A stretch of DNA of 47,508 nucleotides, taken from NCBI GenBank assembly GCA_020724585.1, contig DYGS01000001.1, positions 625,027 to 672,534 on the forward strand. Reading direction: 5' to 3'. Position 1 is the first letter of the stretch, and each line of letters begins with the position of its first letter. The notes under the pieces are model-generated. The model was not told the DNA's origin. It did no database searches and saw nothing but the letters and a program-made list of their open reading frames with translations. Origin of the DNA: Candidatus Microgenomatus sp. GTDB taxonomy: Bacteria; Patescibacteriota; Microgenomatia; UBA8517. This document shows, one piece after another, positions 33,787 to 42,451 of this stretch. The position numbers and the translations under genes were made by a program.

Positions 33787-34855
33787 CTTAAAATAGTAAC
33801 TATTTTTGTAAAATAAAATAACATTGGAAATATTACAAACAATATCAATCTACCTACTAATGGTACAATTATTCCTGCAATTCCTGCAATCATCCCTAAA
33901 CTCATAATATAGGGAACTGTCCAAAGTACTAAAGCATTTGTAATTGGAGATAAAATATTAAACTGACCAAAAGTAGCATAAATGATTGGTGCTACTCCAA
34001 CTTGGGCCGCTAAAGAGGTTGTCAGACCCTCTCTAAATAGACTTGGAATTCTACTTAAATAACTATCAATTTTCTTTTGGAAAAGCATTAATGAAGTAGT
34101 GGCGGTAAAAGATAATATAAAGCCTAAATCGGTTATCCAAACTGGTTTAACAAGAAGCATTATTATAGTAGTATACAGTAAGATACTCCAAGATATAGTC
34201 ACCCTGCCAGTTAATTGACCAAACATTACTATTATTCCCATTATTGCAGCCCTAACAATAGGCGCATCAAATCCCGAAAGAATAACATAAACGATTATTC
34301 CCGCAATACTCATGAAAACCGCATACCTGCGTTTAAAATATTGTGTTAGAATGCCAATTAGAAAAGAAGCTAACATGGTCACATTTGTGCCTGATGCTAC
34401 AACTACATGTGCAGTACCGGTATCGCGAAGCAGCTTCCAAAAACTTTCAGGCATTTGTTTTGATCCAATCGTAATTCCTGCAACAAGCGATGAATATGGT
34501 TCAGGAAGCGATGATTTGTAAAAAGATATTATTCTTTCTCTAATTTTAAATAAGAAGTTTTTATTTTCTGTATCTAATAATTTGTAATTTAGAATTTGTA
34601 ATTTAGAATTTGTAATTTAGAATTGGAAATTACTCCTGTAATTTCTACCCTATCTCCATAACTTATTTCAGGATATCTCGGCAAGTAAATTTTGAGTCCG
34701 TAAATTTTGAAATATTGTTTATCTCCAAAAACTATTGGCTCTGTTAATACTTGAGTCGTAATTCTTATCGTGTCCCCGTCCCTAAAACTTGGAAGTGATA
34801 AGTAATAGCGAATAGTTATTAGAAGAATTATTAATAACAAAAATACATACCTCAT
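33783..34855 (-). pseudogene. comEC: ComEC N-terminal (OB/DUF4131-like) plus competence channel domain, interrupted by a frameshift inside a 14-nt tandem repeat
   Basis: ORF 34589..34855 stops inside the repeat. The frame of ORF 33783..34454 (TGTAHVVVASGTNV, multi-TM) is open up to 34616. Removing one 14-nt unit fuses them into a 352-aa ORF (hand check). Confidence 0.75.
34579..34620. repeat. perfect 3-copy tandem repeat of 14-nt unit AATTTGTAATTTAG (two heptamers)
   Basis: Read directly: 34579..34592, 34593..34606 and 34607..34620 are identical. A degenerate fourth unit AATTGGAAATT follows. Confidence 0.95.
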
Positions 34856-34860
34856 GATTC

Positions 34861-35496
34861 TTAATACGAAATATTACTTTTTATTTTGTCATAAGTTTTT
34901 TGGGGAATAATTTTTTTAGAAACCAATTCTTCTAAAGATGAGTAAGGTCTTTGTTCAATGATCTTTTGGGCGTAAACAGGGCCAATTCCGTTTAGTGATT
35001 CTAGTTCTTTTTGACTTGCAGTATTAATATTTACCAAACCACTACCACTCACTCCTAAAATCGCTTGATCTATTTTGTTATACTCACTTTTTTTAGCAGT
35101 CTCAACTTCTGACTGCGAAGGAATATATAATTTTTGTCCATCTGCAAGTTTTGCTGCTCTATTTATATTTTTACCCACCCATTCCCTATCAGCACTGGCA
35201 TTTATTCCTCCAGCAGAAATTAAAAGATCGTCAATTCTATCCCCTACTTTTAACTTATAAACTCCCGGTTTTTCAACAGCTCCTGCAATTTCAACTGTGA
35301 TATTCTCATCTTTTAATTCTTCATTTTTATTTATTATTTCTATTTGATTCTGACTTTCAAACAAACCGCTTTTGAATAAAAACACACCAAATCCTATTAA
35401 AATCAAGCCCAAAAGAAGAAAGATCAGAAGTTTTTGATTAGACGACGAAGTTAACAAGTCTGCCAGGAATAAATACCTCTTTTTTGATTCTTCCAC
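34861..35496 (-). CDS. comEA: ComEA-type DNA receptor (SLBB plus helix-hairpin-helix)
   Basis: N-terminal TM helix. VNINTASQKELESLNGIGPVYAQKIIEQRPYSSLEEL HhH motif. The listed GTG start overlaps leuS by 59 nt, so the start is uncertain. Confidence 0.85.
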   Translation of the reverse strand: MEESKKRYLFLADLLTSSSNQKLLIFLLLGLILIGFGVFLFKSGLFESQNQIEIINKNEELKDENITVEIAGAVEKPGVYKLKVGDRIDDLLISAGGINASADREWVGKNINRAAKLADGQKLYIPSQSEVETAKKSEYNKIDQAILGVSGSGLVNINTASQKELESLNGIGPVYAQKIIEQRPYSSLEELVSKKIIPQKTYDKIKSNISY

Positions 35497-37849
35497 TTAC
35501 TAACCATTTTGCTACTTTTTCGTCTTGTTTTGCAAGTTGTATTATTTTATTTTTATTTTTCGATTCTTCATTTTTAACTATTAATTGGCTTCTTAGTTTT
35601 CCATTTATCTGTACTACTATTTCTACCTGCTCTGCATGTAAATACTTTTCATCATATGTTGGCCAGGTTGATGTGTGAACTGAACCTTTTTGTTTTAAAA
35701 TTTCTCTCCAAACTTCCTCTGAAAGGTGTGGTGTAAAGGGGGCCAGTAGTTGTGCCAGCACAACTAAGTACTTTGTACTTAGTACTTCGTATTTAGCAAG
35801 CTCGTTAACAAATTCCATTATCTTAGCTATGGCTGTGTTATATTTAAACAATTTGATATCCTCAGTCACACCTTTTATTGTTTTATTTAAAATAAAACGA
35901 AGATCGGCGGAAGCCGAACGACTGGTCTGCGAAGCAACCCGAAGGAGTGAGGACCCGCTGATCGAGTTTTGGGTAAACAATTTATATACTCTTTTCAAAA
36001 ATCTACTCATTCCCTCAATTCCACTATCTCTAAAATCTGGATAGCCATCCATTTGACCTAAAAACATGACATATAACCTCAGTGTATCTGCTCCATATTT
36101 TTCAATGTAGATATCAGGGTTAACTACATTACCCCTACTTTTACTCATTTTGGCACCATCTTTAATCATCAAACCATGAGCAAAGAACTTTGGAAATGGC
36201 TCTTCATGGTCAATTAATCCTAAATCATACATAACCATGTTTACAAATCTGGCATACATTAAATGTAAAACTGCATGTTCAGCCCCACCAAAATATAAAT
36301 CGACGGGTAACCAGTTTTTATTAATATCGTTATCCCATGGCAGGCGAGAGATACCAGCAGCCTCGCGACTGGCTGACGCATTCTTCGAACGCGGCCCTCC
36401 AAGGAGCGTGGAACTGGTATCCGAGCCGACACTCGGATAACGTAAAAAGTACCAACTACTGTCGACGAATGTGTCCATAACATCAGTTTCTCTTCTTGCT
36501 TCTCCATTACAATTAGGGCACTTAACTTTCCAAAATTCTTCATGATTAGCTAGTGGTCCTCTACCATTTCCTTCTGGCTTAAAATCTTTAATATCAGGCA
36601 AGGTTACTGGTAAATCTTTTTCAGGAACACTAACCCAACCGCATTTATCACAATCGATCATTGGAATTGGAGCTCCCCAATATCTCTGGCGACTAACAAG
36701 CCAATCACGCAAATGATAATTTGTGTGTTTAACACCCCACTTTTTCTTTGGAATTTCATCCCAAAGCTTGTCATTTAGACTATTACTTAATATATCTAAA
36801 GAATACTTTTTAGCAAACTCCATATCATGTTCATCATATGCAGGTACTCCCATTACAAAACCAGTTCCATAATTTTTCTCTACATAATTTGTTTCCCAAA
36901 TTGGAAGTTCTCTACCATCAACAGGAGATATTGCATATTTACCTGTAAACTTACCCAGCTTCTCTTTTGATTTTTCTGGTTTCTCCAATTCATCAGAAAA
37001 TGTTGCAATGAATGTTACTGACTCTAAAGTATCAGGCCTTGTTGTAAAAACTGTAATTATTTCATCTGAATCTTTAATTTTAAAGTCAATTTTCATTCCC
37101 TCAGACTTTCCAATCCACTCTCTTTGTGCCGTTACTACTCTTTGACTCCAGTTAATAGTATCAAGTCCATTAAGTAGTCTGTCTGCATAGTCTGTGATTT
37201 TGAAAAACCATTGGTCTAAATTTTTCCTTTCTACAACCGTTCCGCACCGTTCGCAAACTCTTAAATCTTCATTATTAACTATTAATTCCCCATTCGCAGA
37301 ACGGGGTTCTTTACCTGCTTGTTTTGGTGTCATTACTTGCTCATCTGCAAGAACTGTTTTACAACTAGGGCAAAAGTTAACTTCTGCAGTCTTTCGGTAG
37401 GCCAAACCTTTCTCCCACATTTTTAAAAATAGCCACTGTGTCCATTTGTAATAATCTTCACTTGAGGTTGTAACTGTTCTTGTCCAATCATATCCATGAC
37501 CTAGACTTCTCATTTGTTCCTCGTAGTGTTTTGTTGTTCTTTTAACTACTTCTTTTGGATTTTCATTTATTTTGATTGCATAGTTTTCAGAATGTATTCC
37601 GAATGAATCATAGCCAATTGGCTGAAATACAGTTTTACCATTCATCCTCATAAATCTTCCAATAACATCACTTCCAGTTGAAGCAAATGCATGGCCGGCA
37701 TGTAGACCTTCAGCGCTGGGGTATGGAAACATCCACAAGTTGTAGAATTTATCTTTTTTCTTTAAATTTTTGATATCAGGAGAATACAATTTCTCCTTTT
37801 CCCACACCTTTTGCCATTTTGCCTCTATTTTTTTGTGATTATATTCCAT
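35438..37849 (-). CDS. leuS: leucine--tRNA ligase
   Basis: 803 aa. PYPSAEGLHAGH (HIGH), CP1 editing domain with Zn-type CxxC pairs, DTFVDSSWYFLRY, KMSKSRGN. Confidence 0.95.
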   Translation of the reverse strand: MEYNHKKIEAKWQKVWEKEKLYSPDIKNLKKKDKFYNLWMFPYPSAEGLHAGHAFASTGSDVIGRFMRMNGKTVFQPIGYDSFGIHSENYAIKINENPKEVVKRTTKHYEEQMRSLGHGYDWTRTVTTSSEDYYKWTQWLFLKMWEKGLAYRKTAEVNFCPSCKTVLADEQVMTPKQAGKEPRSANGELIVNNEDLRVCERCGTVVERKNLDQWFFKITDYADRLLNGLDTINWSQRVVTAQREWIGKSEGMKIDFKIKDSDEIITVFTTRPDTLESVTFIATFSDELEKPEKSKEKLGKFTGKYAISPVDGRELPIWETNYVEKNYGTGFVMGVPAYDEHDMEFAKKYSLDILSNSLNDKLWDEIPKKKWGVKHTNYHLRDWLVSRQRYWGAPIPMIDCDKCGWVSVPEKDLPVTLPDIKDFKPEGNGRGPLANHEEFWKVKCPNCNGEARRETDVMDTFVDSSWYFLRYPSVGSDTSSTLLGGPRSKNASASREAAGISRLPWDNDINKNWLPVDLYFGGAEHAVLHLMYARFVNMVMYDLGLIDHEEPFPKFFAHGLMIKDGAKMSKSRGNVVNPDIYIEKYGADTLRLYVMFLGQMDGYPDFRDSGIEGMSRFLKRVYKLFTQNSISGSSLLRVASQTSRSASADLRFILNKTIKGVTEDIKLFKYNTAIAKIMEFVNELAKYEVLSTKYLVVLAQLLAPFTPHLSEEVWREILKQKGSVHTSTWPTYDEKYLHAEQVEIVVQINGKLRSQLIVKNEESKNKNKIIQLAKQDEKVAKWLVSGRIKKEVFIPGRLVNFVV
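35902..35963. repeat. GC-rich palindromic in-frame insert B in leuS
   Basis: Terminal inverted repeat GATCGGCGG (35902..35910) / CCGCTGATC (35955..35963, one G-T pair). Encodes SGSSLLRVASQTSRSASADL. Shares CGACTGG and CCxAAGGAGxG blocks with insert A. Confidence 0.6.
36350..36440. repeat. GC-rich palindromic in-frame insert A in leuS
   Basis: GATACCAG (36350..36357) / CTGGTATC (36414..36421), plus the adjacent hairpin TATCCGAG (36418..36425) / CTCGGATA (36432..36439). Encodes SDTSSTLLGGPRSKNASASREAAGIS between the conserved WYFLRY and NWLPVD blocks. Confidence 0.6.
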
Positions 37850-37886
37850 GTTTGATATTCTACTCCATTTTGATTAAACTGAAAAT

Positions 37887-38222
37887 ATGTTATATATCTT
37901 AGCTCTTATCATTATTTTATATACTGGCGCTCATTTTTTGTTTAAAAAAAATGAAGTTTTTCTTAAAGTTAGAAAATATATAGACATCGCAGCCATTGTT
38001 GTTACAACTGTTTTAGTTATTACTTGGATCGAAATTTTTAATTATTCTTTCTTATTTTTTATCTATTTTATTGTTTCTCTAATTATTTTTGCTTATTTGA
38101 TCTTTAGATTAAGAATGCTCGAAGAGAAAAAGACAAAAGCGGAAAATGTAATCAAAGAACTTAAAATCGAAGAGAAAGTTTTAGAAAGTCAAATTAGTAA
38201 CATAGAAAATGCAAAAAATTAA
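37887..38222 (+). CDS. small membrane protein with C-terminal coiled coil
   Basis: 111 aa, three hydrophobic helices, then LEEKKTKAENVIKELKIEEKVLESQISNIE. Confidence 0.5.
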   Translation: MLYILALIIILYTGAHFLFKKNEVFLKVRKYIDIAAIVVTTVLVITWIEIFNYSFLFFIYFIVSLIIFAYLIFRLRMLEEKKTKAENVIKELKIEEKVLESQISNIENAKN

Positions 38223-38940
38223 GTTTTTGTTGTTTTTTTTAGTTTCCCTATTCGCTATTACATATTCGCTATCAATCGTTTTTGCCCAGGAAAGAGTCGA
38301 ATCATCAAATTACAGAATAATTTTTCCCAACCTAAATTCAGGAGCCGGAATCCCCTCATCTGCAAATTATGAACTTAACTCAACTCTTGGCCAAACTGCG
38401 CCAGGACTTTACTCATCAACCGGTTATAGGGTTAAAGCCGGTTTTCAATATATTCATTCCATAATCCCCTTTTCCTTCTCCATATCCGATATTCAAATTA
38501 ACTTTGGTACCCTTGTTCCTCAAACACCCTCAACTGACACATCAACCCTAACGGTCTCCGCAGGCGGCGCGGGAGGTTATTCTGTCAAAGCCTATGAGAG
38601 CAGTACATTAAAAACCTTTAACGGAGCTGATGAAATTATCGATACACTTTGTGATTCAACATGTAGTGAAACTGCCGCAGGAGTTTGGACCTCCTCAACT
38701 CGCTACGGGTTTGGATTTAATATGACAGGCAATGACATACCAGCAGACTTTACCAACTCAACTTATTTTAGACAATTTGCAAATAGAGCTCTTGGAGAAA
38801 ACCCCCAAATTATAATGTCCAGTTCAAATGTGGGAAGATCAAGAACCGCAACTATAACTTACAAGGTCAATGTTTCAGGGGTTCAGCCCGCAGGCGTCTA
38901 TCGAAATGTTATAACATTTATAGCAACACCAAGTTTTTAA
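38209..38940 (+). CDS. secreted surface protein, small member with shared C-terminal QPAGxY...TPSF motif
   Basis: Signal peptide MQKIKFLLFFLVSLFAITYSLSIVFAQE. The C-terminus VSGVQPAGVYRNVITFIATPSF matches the C-terminus of 39867..41360. Confidence 0.6.
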   Translation: MQKIKFLLFFLVSLFAITYSLSIVFAQERVESSNYRIIFPNLNSGAGIPSSANYELNSTLGQTAPGLYSSTGYRVKAGFQYIHSIIPFSFSISDIQINFGTLVPQTPSTDTSTLTVSAGGAGGYSVKAYESSTLKTFNGADEIIDTLCDSTCSETAAGVWTSSTRYGFGFNMTGNDIPADFTNSTYFRQFANRALGENPQIIMSSSNVGRSRTATITYKVNVSGVQPAGVYRNVITFIATPSF

Positions 38941-38946
38941 TAACCA

Positions 38947-39885
38947 ATGAACAATCATCAATTACTAATCAATACTAAAATTATAAATTTTAATTTAATC
39001 ATTAAAATTTGTTTGATCATTGGAGTTTGGTTATTAATTACCCCAAGTGCGGTGCAAGCGCAAGCGATAAGCCTTTCAATCACTCCTCCTCTTTTGGAAA
39101 TCACTATAAAACCAGGAAAAGAATATAGACAGGTCTATGGCATCATAAATTCAGGGAGCGATGTAGTATTAACTCCAAAAATTTTGTATTTTACCCCAAG
39201 TGATGATTTTGGAAATGTTGACATAACAACCGTAGAGGCACCAGAATGGATAAAGTACAACAAAGAAAAATTTAGCCTTAAAAGCGGATCCCGACGCGAT
39301 TTTTACATTTTAATTGATGTTCCCGAAGATGCCCAAGAAACAGATCATTATCTATCGCTTGTTTTTGAATCGGAAGCTCCTACTAATACAACCAATCAAA
39401 TAGGCACACAATACCAAACCCAAATTGCATCAAATATACTACTTACTATATCAAAAGATGGCAATCCTAAAAAGTCAGCTGAAATAATTAATTTTGATAC
39501 TCCACAAATTTCGGATTCATTTCTATTCCCTATCACCTATTCAATAACCCTTGCCAATACCGGCAATTCCTTTTGGAAACCGATAGGCAAAATTATTGCC
39601 AACGATCAAACCTTAAAACTAGCTGAACAAAATGTAATATCGGGACACAAAAGACAAATTAAATGTGTCGAAAATGAAGAATTGGTAGATTGCAAACTTT
39701 CCAAAAAGCCAATTTTGGGCGTTTTATCCTCGACTCTTGAATTTTCGATAGATGATGATCCTAAAATTTACACCAAAGAAGTAAAAACTTATATTTTGCC
39801 GATTACTCCCGCCTTTTTTATAATTCTAATATTGACTTTAATGAGGCAAAAGTTCATATTTAAATTATGGCGAAGAAAAAAATAA
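38947..39885 (+). CDS. membrane-anchored Ig-like (DUF916/PapD-like by pattern) surface protein
   Basis: Signal peptide ending AVQAQA. ISLSITPPLLEITIKPGKEYRQVYGIINSG beta-sandwich-like start. C-terminal TM plus basic tail (FFIILILTLMRQKFIFKLWRRKK). Confidence 0.55.
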   Translation: MNNHQLLINTKIINFNLIIKICLIIGVWLLITPSAVQAQAISLSITPPLLEITIKPGKEYRQVYGIINSGSDVVLTPKILYFTPSDDFGNVDITTVEAPEWIKYNKEKFSLKSGSRRDFYILIDVPEDAQETDHYLSLVFESEAPTNTTNQIGTQYQTQIASNILLTISKDGNPKKSAEIINFDTPQISDSFLFPITYSITLANTGNSFWKPIGKIIANDQTLKLAEQNVISGHKRQIKCVENEELVDCKLSKKPILGVLSSTLEFSIDDDPKIYTKEVKTYILPITPAFFIILILTLMRQKFIFKLWRRKK

Positions 39886-41360
39886 TACTCTTGGCTTTTA
39901 TTTTTGTGCTGTTGGGCTTAATTCATGTGTTTTTAAAACCAACCCAAAAAACACATTCAGCAAATTTTACATCGGCTTCAGCAACACTTTCAAATGCAAG
40001 ATTTTCATACAAAGCAGGTGTGGCATCAGGCACATCAGGATCATCAACGGTTACAATTGACGCCTCAGGAAATGCAGATAACAATACCAATCACTTATTT
40101 CCTAAAGATGTTGTTTGCTTTGCGGGAAGTTTGGAAACAGGCTGTCTTGGTAATGTGAGTTATACTGTTGCTAACATTGTTGACTCAACAACTTTTAATG
40201 TTACCACTCCTTTAACCACTACGCTTGAATCAACTGCTTATGTAGTTGCTACACAATCAGGAAGTTTAACGCTCTCGTTTACAACCGCAACTGAAATCCC
40301 ATCAAATGGAGATATATATATTACTATACCTGCCGTCAATACAACAGGCAGAACAAATGACGGAATACCTGACACCGCCTCAACAACAGCTACAAACGGA
40401 TTTGATATCCAGACGATAGCTACAACCGATATCTCAATTACAGGCTGTACCGATGTCAACTGGACAGTGGCCTCAATCACCGCCGGTGACGCTTCAAACG
40501 ACCATAGAATCCTTATCAACAGATCAACATCATCCTGTCCTGCAAGTACCGCCATAACAGTTACGATAGACAGCAGTCCGGGAATTATAAATCCTGCACC
40601 CTTAACAACACATACACAAGGGCAAGCTGATTCGTATCAAATAAATATCAAATCAAGAGATGGAGCAGACAACACTCTGGATCAATCAGATGTCGCCGTT
40701 GCCCCCATTGAAGGAGTCTTAATCTCAGCAACTGTTGATGAAGCAATATCTTTAACAATAGCAGGGATCACTACCGACTCAGGATCATACTGCGGGATAA
40801 CCAGGACGGCATCAAGCCCCGACACTACAGCAACTTCAGTCCCTTGGGGCACCCTATCTCCCACTTATGCCGCGGCAACTCACAATACCCAACATCAAGT
40901 CACAGTCTCGACTAATGCTACCGATGGCTACAGTTTGTATGTCGAAGAAAACGATCAAATGGGCAAAGATGGCAAAGTTTGTACTGGCGCATCAGCGGGT
41001 GAATCAGTTGACTGTATCCAAGATACAGTTTGCGACGGCACTGGCTGTACTCACCAAACATACAGAGACTGGGGGTCAAACCCGTCTTCCTATCCAGGAC
41101 TCGGGTATTCTCTGCAAAATGTAACAAATACCGACGCTACCTTTGAATACAATACCTCAAGTGCAACATTTAACGCTAAACAATTTGCAGACCAGGAAGC
41201 CAGCGAATCAAGAAGCGCAGCTAATGCGCGAATTATGAATAATTCAGGTCCTGTTGATTCATCAAGTGTTTATGTCTGCTACAGGATAGATATTACATCA
41301 ACACAGCCAGCAGGATACTACTATAACAAGGTCAAGTATACGGCAGTACCCACCTTCTGA
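39867..41360 (+). CDS. secreted surface protein, large member with shared C-terminal QPAGxY...VPTF motif
   Basis: 497 aa, signal/anchor MAKKKIILLAFIFVLLGLIHVF, Thr/Ser-rich body, C-terminus ITSTQPAGYYYNKVKYTAVPTF. Confidence 0.6.
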   Translation: MAKKKIILLAFIFVLLGLIHVFLKPTQKTHSANFTSASATLSNARFSYKAGVASGTSGSSTVTIDASGNADNNTNHLFPKDVVCFAGSLETGCLGNVSYTVANIVDSTTFNVTTPLTTTLESTAYVVATQSGSLTLSFTTATEIPSNGDIYITIPAVNTTGRTNDGIPDTASTTATNGFDIQTIATTDISITGCTDVNWTVASITAGDASNDHRILINRSTSSCPASTAITVTIDSSPGIINPAPLTTHTQGQADSYQINIKSRDGADNTLDQSDVAVAPIEGVLISATVDEAISLTIAGITTDSGSYCGITRTASSPDTTATSVPWGTLSPTYAAATHNTQHQVTVSTNATDGYSLYVEENDQMGKDGKVCTGASAGESVDCIQDTVCDGTGCTHQTYRDWGSNPSSYPGLGYSLQNVTNTDATFEYNTSSATFNAKQFADQEASESRSAANARIMNNSGPVDSSSVYVCYRIDITSTQPAGYYYNKVKYTAVPTF

Positions 41361-41401
41361 AAGAAGGTAAATTAAAAATTAAAAATGAAAAATTAAAAAT
41401 T

Positions 41402-42406
41402 ATGAATAAAAACTTTTTAACAAAAATTGATTATATTGTTTTTTTTGCGTTATCACTCTTCACTTTCCATTCTTCCTTCTTCACTAAAGCGGTTAGCGCG
41501 CAAGCGCGCATACCGCTTGTTGTTGCTCCTTCCCGTCAAACAGTGGCGCTTGACCCGGGTGGTTCCCAAAATTTACAGATTAGATTTTTTAATTATTCAG
41601 ACTCTCCAATGGCAGGAACTATAAAAGCAGTTAATTTTTATGTCGCAGGCAAAGACGGCGCCCCAATTCTGCTGGAGGATATGCCAAATGAGATGATTAA
41701 ACTTTCAATCGATAGAGCTGTTATTCCAGTAGGTGATGTCTTAAGGGTTAATTTTAAAGTAGAGGTGCCGGAAAATGCCAAGCCGGGTGGAAGTTATGCC
41801 GCAATTATTTTTGAGCAAACAGGCCAAATCCCCCAGTCTGTGACGGGGACAGAATCAGTTTCTTCTGTTTCTCCAAGAGTTGTTGGGCTTGTCTCAATCA
41901 GAATTAACGGCCCAGTTGTGGAATCCGCATTTATTGACGCTTTCAAAGTACCCGTCTTTTTGGAATTCGGCAAGATCCCTGTTTATTTTGAAATATTGAA
42001 TAAAGGCGGATATCACATTAACCCGGCGGGACAAGTAACTTTAACCAACTGGATGGGAAATGAAATTGACAGAGTAACAATTGATGATAAAAACATTTTT
42101 CCTGAAGCAAGAAGAACATATGAACATGAACTAGGAAAAAAATGGATGTTTGGCAGATACAAGGTTGATTTAACTGCTTCGTATGGCGAATCGGGTAAGG
42201 TATTAACAAGATCAACCCTTGTCTGGGTTATCCCAATAACCCTGATTCTCGTAACTTTACTTGCAGGCATAATTATCTCTCTAACAGTTTATATAATTTA
42301 CAAAAAGGTAAAACAAAAACAAGAGAAACTGGAAGAAAAACTTGAAGAAGAAATTTCAGAGCTTGAAGCGCTCAAAAATAAATTCAAAGACAAACTGCCT
42401 AAATAA
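41402..42406 (+). CDS. second membrane-anchored Ig-like (DUF916/PapD-like by pattern) surface protein
   Basis: Signal peptide ending AVSAQA. IPLVVAPSRQTVALDPGGSQNLQIRFFNYS. C-terminal TM helix then a KKVKQKQEKLEEKLEEE coiled-coil tail. Same layout as 38947..39885. Confidence 0.55.
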   Translation: MNKNFLTKIDYIVFFALSLFTFHSSFFTKAVSAQARIPLVVAPSRQTVALDPGGSQNLQIRFFNYSDSPMAGTIKAVNFYVAGKDGAPILLEDMPNEMIKLSIDRAVIPVGDVLRVNFKVEVPENAKPGGSYAAIIFEQTGQIPQSVTGTESVSSVSPRVVGLVSIRINGPVVESAFIDAFKVPVFLEFGKIPVYFEILNKGGYHINPAGQVTLTNWMGNEIDRVTIDDKNIFPEARRTYEHELGKKWMFGRYKVDLTASYGESGKVLTRSTLVWVIPITLILVTLLAGIIISLTVYIIYKKVKQKQEKLEEKLEEEISELEALKNKFKDKLPK

Positions 42407-42419
42407 TATGTCATTGCAA

Positions 42420-42434
42420 TCCCGCAATGCGGGA
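42420..42434. terminator. short GC hairpin between convergent genes
   Basis: TCCCGC-AAT-GCGGGA. No strong T-run, so the terminator role is tentative. Confidence 0.35.
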
Positions 42435-42451
42435 GAAGCAAACTAAAAAAT

